Assembly: GCA_024233865.1 (NCBI GenBank)
Contig: JACKPA010000012.1
Span: 128,001-192,000, forward strand
Direction: 5' to 3'
From: Leptospiraceae bacterium
Lineage (GTDB): Bacteria; Spirochaetota; Leptospiria; Leptospirales; Leptospiraceae
Length of the DNA: 64,000 nucleotides
Part shown: one piece after another, positions 1 to 8,249 of the stretch
How the letters are laid out: every line of letters starts with the position of its first letter
Position numbering within the stretch: position 1 is the first letter of the stretch
Program-made: the position numbers and the translations under genes
The notes under the pieces: model-generated
What the model was told of the DNA's origin: nothing
Database searches by the model: none
The model's input: the letters and a program-made list of their open reading frames with translations, nothing else

Positions 1-2168
1 TTGCGAATGTCACTTAGTTCGTTTTCTATCTTTTTTAAAGTATTTCCGATAAGTAATCCTTCCGGTTTTTCCAAATGAACAAGTGTATTTGCTGCTACAA
101 AGTTTGTTTCCAAGTTTGGTAAAGGAACAATTCCATAGTTGTCTTTTTTGTCTTTATTTGCTTTTTGATCTATAATCAAAGAAATGAAAAATCGAAGTTT
201 GGAAATCTCAATGGCTATAGGCTGAATATCAACTCCATAAATACAGTTTTTGATTAAAAAGAGCTTTCTTCCATAGTCTTGGTAGTTGTTCTTTTCATTA
301 AAGGCTTCTTCAATTTCTTTTTTAACGTGTTTACGAATATTCACATCCGGAATTTTCTCTGCTTGATTCAATTGCAATCTTTTCCATTCTTCGTTTTTTG
401 GATCGAGTTTGTGAAGAACATAAACAAGCTTATGCAAAATTCCCATAGGAAAAGCACCGGATCCACAAGCAGGGTCTAAAATCTTAATTTTGTGTATGGC
501 TTGGATCAGATTTTGAGCTTCTTCTACTGTGAAAAAATGCTCTTCCGTTGAATGAGAAAGTAAATGACGAAGTTTGGAAACCCCACCCAAACCCTCCCCA
601 GAGGGGCAGGGGGTGAGGTATTCTTTAAAGTAAGCAATCAAACTTTCATCTACCATATAATTCACAATTTCTCGTGGAGTATAAAACGAACCAGTTTGTT
701 TGCGGGCTGTCGTTTTCGTTTCAGGGTTATAAGAAGCCAACAAATTTTCAAAAACCTTGCCTAATAATTCAGGATCAAGAGCGATCTCTTCTTCGAGTGG
801 TGTATTTTCGGTAACGGTGAATTTGTATTGTTTCAAGATACGAATGATTCCTTTCACCTTTTCTTTTTTATGCTTCGTGTCTCCGTATATTTTACTGAAA
901 TCTATTTCCCTCTCTTTACCAAAAAATAAGTCATCCGGAATATTAATTTGTTTTTGGGTTTTTGGATGATCGCTAAAACAATCTATACGAACTTCATTAG
1001 AGCCTTTTCCGGTTTCATCTTTACGTTTATCTAAACATTCAAACAAACCTCCGTTTAAAAAAGGTATTTCCCTAAAAATATTTAGTACGCTTTCGGAATC
1101 TTTGAATTCTTTCTCGTATCTGTATAGGCTATGTACCATATAATCTTTGTCTTTTACCTCAATTCCATTCGTAACACGAAACCTTCTTTCCAAATCCATT
1201 TCAGTATTTAAAGTAGCAAAAAATAGATTTTGTAAAATGGCTTTGTAATAAACAGTGGATGATCCTTCTTTTTCCATAAAATGGTTTAATGTCTTTTTCA
1301 AGAATTCTTCCCTAAACAAATCTTCCGATATAAATTCTCTACCACCTTCCAAACGCTTTTCTTTCAGAAACCAAACAAAAATAAGCCTTGTTAGCATACG
1401 AATTACGCTTAGTGAATTCCGAATGTCTCTATTTTCATGTACATCTTTTGGAAATTCTGCAATATCAATTGCCCAAAAATACCAATTCGATATGTCTTTG
1501 TAAAATCTCTTGTTTAACTCTTTGGTATCTAATACTTTCTGCCAAGCATTGTGAAAATCAACAAAGTTACTCAAACTGTATTTGGCTTTAATACAATCCA
1601 AAGATAAATCATACAGAATTTCAATGTGTCCTCTGTGTGGATTTTCAACTTGAATGTCTTTGATCAAAGTCACTTTTTCCAAAACGTCTTTGCTCACGTC
1701 TAGCTTGTTTGGTCTCCTATCAATAATTGCCAGAGTCAACACACTTCCATAACGAAAGAGTATCATAACCGGAGCCATAAAGAGTTTGTTTACGGCTCTT
1801 GTAATTTGAGATAACTTTGTTTTGGAATAAATATCTCCCTTCAATTGAATACCTATAAATATATAGGACTCATACTCATTGGGATTGTATTTTTTGTTTT
1901 CAAAAAGGGAATGACTTTCCAAAACTTCATCTTTGGTATATTGAAAGAGAATATTTGCTTCTTTCCACTCTCCAAAACAGGCTTTTTCTTCCGGAATATT
2001 CCTTTCTCTGAATAGTTCTTTAAAATCATTTTTTGTATAGTCTGATGTTTTATCGCTTTTGTAACCAAGAGTCTCAAAAAAACTCACCCCCAACCCCTCT
2101 CCAAAGGAGAGGGGAGAAGCGAGGAATTGTTTGATTTGTTCTTTTTTTTCTGTTTCAGTTGTTTTCAT
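1..2168 (-). CDS. Type IIG restriction-modification enzyme, copy 1 (N-terminal nuclease region plus N6-adenine methyltransferase domain). 5' partial-in-window: the start codon is at 2168 and the reading frame stays open to position 1, so the gene continues beyond the window
   Basis: Minus-strand translation from the ATG at 2166-2168 is uninterrupted to the window edge. It contains GSFYTPREIVNYMV (methyltransferase motif X) and ILDPACGSGAFP (motif I). It is the colinear in-frame version of the fragmented ORFs at 5225-7628. It is missing from the ORF track, probably because it has no in-window stop. Confidence 0.7.
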   Translation of the reverse strand, partial: MKTTETEKKEQIKQFLASPLSFGEGLGVSFFETLGYKSDKTSDYTKNDFKELFRERNIPEEKACFGEWKEANILFQYTKDEVLESHSLFENKKYNPNEYESYIFIGIQLKGDIYSKTKLSQITRAVNKLFMAPVMILFRYGSVLTLAIIDRRPNKLDVSKDVLEKVTLIKDIQVENPHRGHIEILYDLSLDCIKAKYSLSNFVDFHNAWQKVLDTKELNKRFYKDISNWYFWAIDIAEFPKDVHENRDIRNSLSVIRMLTRLIFVWFLKEKRLEGGREFISEDLFREEFLKKTLNHFMEKEGSSTVYYKAILQNLFFATLNTEMDLERRFRVTNGIEVKDKDYMVHSLYRYEKEFKDSESVLNIFREIPFLNGGLFECLDKRKDETGKGSNEVRIDCFSDHPKTQKQINIPDDLFFGKEREIDFSKIYGDTKHKKEKVKGIIRILKQYKFTVTENTPLEEEIALDPELLGKVFENLLASYNPETKTTARKQTGSFYTPREIVNYMVDESLIAYFKEYLTPCPSGEGLGGVSKLRHLLSHSTEEHFFTVEEAQNLIQAIHKIKILDPACGSGAFPMGILHKLVYVLHKLDPKNEEWKRLQLNQAEKIPDVNIRKHVKKEIEEAFNEKNNYQDYGRKLFLIKNCIYGVDIQPIAIEISKLRFFISLIIDQKANKDKKDNYGIVPLPNLETNFVAANTLVHLEKPEGLLIGNTLKKIENELSDIR

Positions 2169-2190
2169 ATTTATTTAAATGTCTTATTCT

Positions 2191-2511
2191 CTATGTCTCG
2201 ATAAAAATTTCTTCAGGCACCTGAGCTTGTAGAAATGGCCATATAAGTAGCCGAGCATAAGTTTTAGTGAAAGTAATGATTCTTTTCTCTTGTAACCATC
2301 TTTCATATTGCTCGTTATCCCACAAAACAGAATCCAATAAATGCCTTAATTTGTCTTTTCGGTTCAATTCCTTATTAGAGGAACCAATGATTGAATTTTC
2401 TTCAATAACCAGAATAACGTTATGGATACCTGGACGAAAAGAGAACGAATTTATTTTTAATATAACTGTTCCATCTTCTTGAATTTTAGCTGTTGTCTCT
2501 ATACTTTTCAT
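2191..2511 (-). CDS. hypothetical protein (106 aa)
   Basis: Single ORF. Its 3' end and downstream sequence (gayrtagagaataagacatttaa) are shared with the target-recognition-domain remnant at 3170-3180. Confidence 0.35.
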   Translation of the reverse strand: MKSIETTAKIQEDGTVILKINSFSFRPGIHNVILVIEENSIIGSSNKELNRKDKLRHLLDSVLWDNEQYERWLQEKRIITFTKTYARLLIWPFLQAQVPEEIFIET

Positions 2512-2567
2512 TGTTTACTCCTTAGCATTTACTCTATTTTAATTTCCCTTTTTCTATTTTGGAAATG

Positions 2568-2855
2568 TCAGCCAACAACTCCCTGAACCTGTCGAAGGAC
2601 TTTCTGCTCTTTTTTATTGAGTATTTCTTTATACAATACAACTGGATCCAAATCTACCTTATTGGGCCAACAAACAGTTCCTAATTCTTGATTTACTCTT
2701 ACTAGCTTAAAATAGTTCCATTCTTTTAATGGCTCAAAAACGCCTTCATAAGTGATCATTTTTTCTAAATTGATTACTCCAGTAATACCGTTTTCAAACT
2801 TCAAGTAAAGTAATGATTTTTTTCTTGGTTTTACATATACTATATCTACTAACAT
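2568..2855 (-). CDS. DUF2442-family protein
   Basis: The sequence ...LVDIVYVKPRKK...LKFENGITGVINL... is typical of the DUF2442 partner of DUF4160. The ATG at 2855 lies just downstream of the DUF4160 stop. The longer tracked ORF (to 2948) overlaps the upstream gene. Confidence 0.55.
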   Translation of the reverse strand: MLVDIVYVKPRKKSLLYLKFENGITGVINLEKMITYEGVFEPLKEWNYFKLVRVNQELGTVCWPNKVDLDPVVLYKEILNKKEQKVLRQVQGVVG

Positions 2856-2857
2856 TA

Positions 2858-3118
2858 TTACACCAACGGTTCTATATATTTTAACTCTTTCTTTTGTTTT
2901 GCAAATTCCCAATCTTCTTTTAACTCGTCTTGATGCAAAGATGCCCATTCAACAACAAGCCCTCTTACTCTAGAAGGTAGTTCACCTTCTAGAATTGTCA
3001 ATGTCTCAATAGATACCATAGCTTTATAATTTCCATATCTAACATGAAAATGTGGTGGGTTATGGTCGTTATGAAACATCGCGATAATTATACCTAAAAA
3101 CCTTGATATTTCTGGCAC
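2858..3118 (-). CDS. DUF4160-family protein
   Basis: MFHNDHNPPHFHVRYG is the hallmark of DUF4160. It sits in the classic gene pair with DUF2442. Confidence 0.65.
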   Translation of the reverse strand: MPEISRFLGIIIAMFHNDHNPPHFHVRYGNYKAMVSIETLTILEGELPSRVRGLVVEWASLHQDELKEDWEFAKQKKELKYIEPLV

Positions 3119-3169
3119 TATGATTTTTCTCCTTTTATTCTATCTTAAATGTCTTATTCTCTACATCTT

Positions 3170-3300
3170 GATAATAATTATGGATTGTCGTTTTTTCTAC
3201 AATGCTCATCCTTGGAAAGCTGTCCAATACTGTTAGCATCTCTTCTTCTGTAAGTACATACAGTTGGAAAACTATTGCGTCGATTTTTGGATAACAAATC
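3170..3300 (-). pseudogene. Remnant of the 3' end of a type IIG target-recognition domain
   Basis: About 120 nt match 4015-4135 closely (DAMVFHLYGLTEEEMLTVLDSFPRMSIVEKTTIHNYY...). There is no upstream ORF continuation. Confidence 0.5.
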
Positions 3301-3301
3301 A

Positions 3302-3721
3302 TCATAGGTATTTTATAAATATATTGTTTAATGCCATTCTTTTTTTAGTTCGATAAATATAATAATCAGAATCAATTGTAATGATATTCGTAATTCCATA
3401 AATTTCTGAAATTACAATTAAAGAACCATCTGCAATATCCATTGGTAAATCTTCGTATTTTTTTGCTAATTCGATTAACCTGTTATAATAGTCTTGTTTA
3501 AATTCTAGTATGTTTAGACCACCATCTAGTATAAAACTCATTAAATTAATTTGAGCCTTAGTCGATTTTCTTAATAGATGTCCAACTTCCGTAATTACAA
3601 AATTTGTAGTAAATAATTCACCACTGAAATTTTTTAGAAAATCTATGATATTTTCATGATACTTATCGCTAGCATCAAATAATGCATATAATGGTCCGGA
3701 ATCAATGAGAGTTCTTTTCAT
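3302..3721 (-). CDS. vapC: PIN-domain toxin (VapC-like)
   Basis: The MKRTLIDSGPLYALFD start, acidic PIN residues and 139-aa size fit VapC. The gene is 20-nt overlapped by an upstream small gene. Confidence 0.7.
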   Translation of the reverse strand: MKRTLIDSGPLYALFDASDKYHENIIDFLKNFSGELFTTNFVITEVGHLLRKSTKAQINLMSFILDGGLNILEFKQDYYNRLIELAKKYEDLPMDIADGSLIVISEIYGITNIITIDSDYYIYRTKKRMALNNIFIKYL

Positions 3722-3971
3722 ATAATATGTTCTCTAAGATTAGTTTTCTTTTTTGAGAAATGTCTTTTTTTCCACTTGAATAGACTCCAAAATATTTTTT
3801 TCCTATTTCATAAGGAGTTTTCTTATTCTTTTGATAGTAAGAATCAATATACCCTTTTAATACTATTTTAATAAGTTCTGATTCTGAAATATTTTCCTCT
3901 TTTGAAATTTTGAACAACCCTTCTTCAATTTCTTGAGTTAGATTTATGGTTAGTGCTTTTTGTCTGCTCAT
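3702..3971 (-). CDS. vapB: Ribbon-helix-helix antitoxin (VapB/CopG-like)
   Basis: The 89-aa protein has an N-terminal LTINLTQEIEEGL...SESELIKIVL ribbon-helix-helix pattern and lies immediately upstream of the PIN gene. Confidence 0.55.
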   Translation of the reverse strand: MSRQKALTINLTQEIEEGLFKISKEENISESELIKIVLKGYIDSYYQKNKKTPYEIGKKYFGVYSSGKKDISQKRKLILENILYEKNSH

Positions 3972-3976
3972 TTCAT

Positions 3977-6900
3977 TTATCCTACCTTAAAAGTTTTGTT
4001 TTGTATGCCTCGATAATAATTATGGATTGTCGTTTTTTCTACGATGCTCATTCTCGGAAAACTGTCCAAGACTGTTAGCATCTCTTCTTCTGTAAGTCCA
4101 TACAGATGGAACACCATTGCATCGATCTGTGCTTCCCATTTGGAGACCTCACCCCCGTCCCCTCTCCAATCTGGAGAGGGGGTTTGCTTTGCAACAAGTA
4201 TCTTGTCTACGAGTGCGATCAGGGGTTTTTGTAATCCTGGATTGTCGATTGGTGCTTTGGGAATTGGAAGTTTGTTTACATAATATTTATCAAAGTCCAT
4301 TGTTCGAATAGCACGACAAAAAACAAACCAGTAATAATACCAAGATGCAAATTTTGAATTTAAGATACCAAGGATATATTCTTCTTTAACACCTTTATTT
4401 GTAATAAATGTATTCATTACCGTATCCAATGTTAAAACTCCAATTTTTTATCTAAGCTTGCCATTATAATAATACTATCTTGTACGTGAGCAACTATTCT
4501 TTGAGAAATAATTTTAGTCTTTCTTTTTCTTAGTTCATCAACTTTGGAAATTAAGTCTGCTTTTGGTAATTTTTATCTTATCAATTTCACCATGAATATC
4601 ATATCTACCAATGTTTTTTCCTCGTAAAATATCTTCACCTTTGGTTGTTAATTTGCTTTGGTAAGGCAATCCTCTGCAAGTATTGGAGATTTCACCCAAA
4701 GGAATAAAGCAGTTTTTTAATTTTTTAATATGTTCAAAGATTTGGAATTAACGTAAATCGGTATTATATCATAAGCATTTATAAACTTATTATCTATTTG
4801 TTCATTATGAACTTTAATGGATTCATTCCAATAATCTCCAACGGTCATTTTATAAGATGCTTGTTTATCTTTGATTGTAACTATTATAACTTGTTCCAAA
4901 AGAACATTTTCAAACGCTTTGGTTGTATCAATTACAATACTGAGAACATTATCCTCTGCAATTAGATTACGAGTGTTTTTCCATCCTTCTGAAAATGCTA
5001 TAGACTTTGGAATAATATAACTCAAAATCCCTTTCCGTTTTAATGTTACCAAGCCAAATTCCATAAAAAAGGAAGCAGAATCTTTTTTTGTCTATCATAG
5101 AATTTATAAGATTTTTCGATATTTTTAAGATATTCTTTTAAATCAGCTCCATACGGCGGATTTCCTATCACAACATCAAAGCCACCTTTCCCCAGCCCCC
5201 CGTGAACGGGGGGAGTTACTTGCGTTAGTTACTCCCCAGCTCGGGGGAAGGGGGGGAAATCCCAAACATGTGTTCAGGGTCGAACCAATCCGCAGATTTG
5301 AGTCTATCATAAGGATTCCATTCGGCAATTTTGCTAGCTGAATCTTTAGAAAACTGATTTTTTAGAAGAAATTCAGAAATTTCTTTTGCGTTTCTCTTTA
5401 TCTTTCTCTCGCAGTTCTTTTTTTTCTCTTTATAAGTCCTTGCATCAAAGTGTTGTTTGCGAATGTCACTTAGTTGATTTTCCAACTTCTTTTTTAAAGT
5501 ATCACCAATTAACAAACCTTCCGGTTTTTCCAAATGAACAAGTGTATTTGCTGCTACAAAGTTTGTTTCCAAGTTTGGTAAAGGAACAATTCCATAGTTG
5601 TCTTTTTTGTCTTTATTTGCTTTTTGATCTATAATCAAAGAAATGAAAAATCGAAGTTTGGAAATCTCAATGGCTATAGGCTGAATATCAACTCCATAAA
5701 TACAGTTCTTGATTAAAAATAGCTTTCTACCATAATCTTGGTAGTTGTTCTTTTCATTAAAAGCTTCTTCAATTTCTTTTTTAACGTGTTTACGAATACT
5801 CACATCAGGAATTTTCTCTGCCTGATTCAATTGCAATCTTTTCCATTCTTCATTTTTTGGATCAAGTTTATGAAGAACATAAACAAGCTTATGCAAAATT
5901 CCCATAGGAAAAGCTCCAGATCCACAAGCAGGATCGAGTATCTTGATTTTGTGTATAGCTTGGATCAGATTTTGAACTTCTTCTACTGTGAAAAAATGCT
6001 CTTCCGCTGAATGAGAAAGTAAATGACGAAGTTTGGAAACCCCACCCAAACCCCTCCCAGAGGGGCAGGGGTGAGGTATTCTTTAAAGTAAGCAATCAAA
6101 CTTTCATCTACCATATAATTCACAATTTCTCGTGGAGTATAAAACGAACCAGTTTGTTTGCGGGCTGTCGTTTTCGTTTCAGGGTTATAAGAAGCCAACA
6201 AATTTTCAAAAACCTTGCCTAATAATTCAGGATCAAGAGCGATCTCTTCTTCGAGTGGTGTATTTTCTGTAACGGTGAATTTGTATTGTTTCAAGATACG
6301 AATGATTCCTTTCACCTTTTTTTTTTTATGCTTCGTGTCTCCGTATATTTTACTGAAATCTATTTCCCTCTCTTTACCAAAAAATAAGTCATCCGGAATA
6401 TTAATTTGTTTTTGGGTTTTGGATGATCGCTAAAACAATCTATACGAACTTCATTAGAGCCTTTTCCGGTTTCATCTTTACGTTTATCTAAACATTCAAA
6501 CAAACCTCCGTTTAAAAAAGGTATTTCCCTAAAAATATTTAGTACGCTTTCGGAATCTTTGAATTTTTCTCGTATCTGTATAGGCTATGTACCATATAAT
6601 CTTTGTCTTTTACCTCAATTCCATTCGTAACACGAAACCTTCTTTCCAAATCCATTTCAGTATTTAAAGTAGCAAAAATAGATTTTGTAAAATGGCTTTG
6701 TAATAAACAGTGGATGATCCTTCTTTTTTCCATAAAATGGTTTTAATGTCTTTTTCAAAATTCTTCCCTAAACAAATCTTCCGATATAAATTCTCTACCA
6801 CCTTCCAAACGCTTTTTTTCTTTCAGAAACCAAACAAAATAAGCCTTGTTAGCATACGAATTACGCTTAGTGAATTCTGAATGTCTCTATTTTCATGTAC

Positions 6901-7628
6901 ATCTTTTTGAAATTCTGCAATATCAATTGCCCAAAAATACCAATTCGATATGTCTTTGTAAAATCTCTTGTTTAACTCTCTTTGGTATCTAATACTTTCT
7001 GCCAAGCATTGTGAAAATCAACAAAGTTACTCAAACTGTATTTGGCTTTAATACAATCCAAAGATAAATCATACAGAATTTCAATGTGTCCTCTGTGTGG
7101 ATTTTCAACTTGAATGTCTTTGATCAAAGTCACTTTTTCCAAAACGTCTTTGCTCACGTCTAGCTTGTTTGGTCTCCTATCAATAATTGCCAGAGTCAAC
7201 ACACTTCCATAACGAAAGAGTATCATAACCGGAGCCATAAAGAGTTTGTTTACGGCTCTTGTAATTTGAGATAACTTTGTTTTGGAATAAATATCTCCCT
7301 TCAATTGAATACCTATAAATATATAGGACTCATACTCATTGGGATTGTATTTCTTGTTTTCAAAAAGGGAATGACTTTCCAAAACTTCATCTTTGGTATA
7401 TTGAAAGAGAATATTTGCTTCTTTCCACTCTCCAAAACAGGCTTTTTCTTCCGGAATATTCTTTTCTCTGAATAGTTCTTTAAAATCATTTTTTGTATAA
7501 TCGGGTGTTTTATCGCTTTTGTAACCAAGAGTCTCAAAAAACCTCACCCCCAACCCCTCTCCAAAGGAGAGGGGAGAAGCGAGGAATTGTTTGATTTGCT
7601 CTTTTTTTTCTGTTTCAGTTGTTTTCAT
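3977..7628 (-). pseudogene. Type IIG restriction-modification enzyme, copy 2, disrupted by multiple frameshifts. Fragments: 6972-7628 nuclease N-terminus; 6823-7005, 6539-6733, 5983-6315, 5225-6049 methyltransferase motifs X and I; 5100-5225 NPPY motif IV; 4717-5064; 3977-4429 TaqI_C-like target-recognition domain
   Basis: The fragments are colinear, on one strand and in shifting frames. Together they reconstruct one ~1200-aa protein: GSFYTPREI, DPACGSGAF, GNPPYGADLKEY, IIPKSIAFSEGW, GILNSKFASWYY. Frame breaks coincide with homopolymer or GC-hairpin tracts (e.g. T11 at ~6320, A8 at ~5085, G7 at ~5250). 5457-7628 is about 97% identical to 1-2168. Confidence 0.7.
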
Positions 7629-7878
7629 GTTTTTGTCTCAAAATCAATTTGCATTCTTGTGGCAAATTGTTATACAGTAAATTTAAATTATGTGTTTTGG
7701 AAAATGGGATATTTTGATAGATAAAAATTGACTTAATTGCTTTCTCGGTTGACTGTTGGCAGAGATAACATACATTTCTTGGGAATCGCTCCACCGTTTC
7801 GGAAAGTGCAATTGCACTATTCAAGTCTTCTTCGGCGTATTTAAGCCATGTTTTCCATTCCGGTATATTCTCGTTCAT
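7615..7878 (-). CDS. HEPN-domain protein (toxin-like partner of the nucleotidyltransferase)
   Basis: 87 aa with a ...STEKAIKS...KTHNLNLL... HEPN-like pattern. It overlaps the upstream nucleotidyltransferase gene by 38 nt. Confidence 0.55.
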   Translation of the reverse strand: MNENIPEWKTWLKYAEEDLNSAIALSETVERFPRNVCYLCQQSTEKAIKSIFIYQNIPFSKTHNLNLLYNNLPQECKLILRQKHENN

Positions 7879-8209
7879 ATATTAATTTACCCTCCTTTAA
7901 AGCATGATAATATATAGACCATTTCTTTTGTTTATATTTAGATTCTTCGTCTTGACTGATAACCAAAATATCAGTTGCTATAGGAAAGTTTTCTAATAAC
8001 TTCCGAATCTGAATAGCTAATTTCCTCCTATGCTCAACTTCTTTAAATTCTATTAGAATATCTAAATCACTATTTTCATTTTCCGTACCTTTGGCATAAG
8101 AGCCAAATATAAAGATTTTTTCCGGTTTGAATGTTGGAATGATTCTTTTTATTGTTTCATCCTTAAGATAACTGAATTCATATCTTGTTGTTTTGTTTTC
8201 TGCGATCAT
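7841..8209 (-). CDS. Minimal nucleotidyltransferase (MNT) domain protein
   Basis: IFIFGSYAKGTENENSDLDILIEF is the canonical GS...DxD nucleotidyltransferase motif. Confidence 0.7.
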   Translation of the reverse strand: MIAENKTTRYEFSYLKDETIKRIIPTFKPEKIFIFGSYAKGTENENSDLDILIEFKEVEHRRKLAIQIRKLLENFPIATDILVISQDEESKYKQKKWSIYYHALKEGKLIYEREYTGMENMA

Positions 8210-8249
8210 AGCATTCTCCTTTATTAATTATACCATACTTTTATCAAAA

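Noticed and set aside
279-1591. Plus-strand ORFs (279-479, 564-764, 757-969, 1255-1503, 1388-1591) and their near-identical twins at 5738-6433
   Set aside because: They lie antisense to a long, motif-rich minus-strand methyltransferase coding frame and have low-complexity F/L/S-rich translations. They are spurious shadow ORFs.
4044-4311. Plus-strand ORFs of 79 and 64 aa rich in S/P/G
   Set aside because: They are antisense to the target-recognition-domain coding frame and overlie the GC hairpin element; they are artefacts.
1-7630. IS element or transposon causing the duplication
   Set aside because: No transposase or integrase ORF is present, and there are no terminal inverted repeats. The repeat is a segmental duplication of a host restriction-modification gene.
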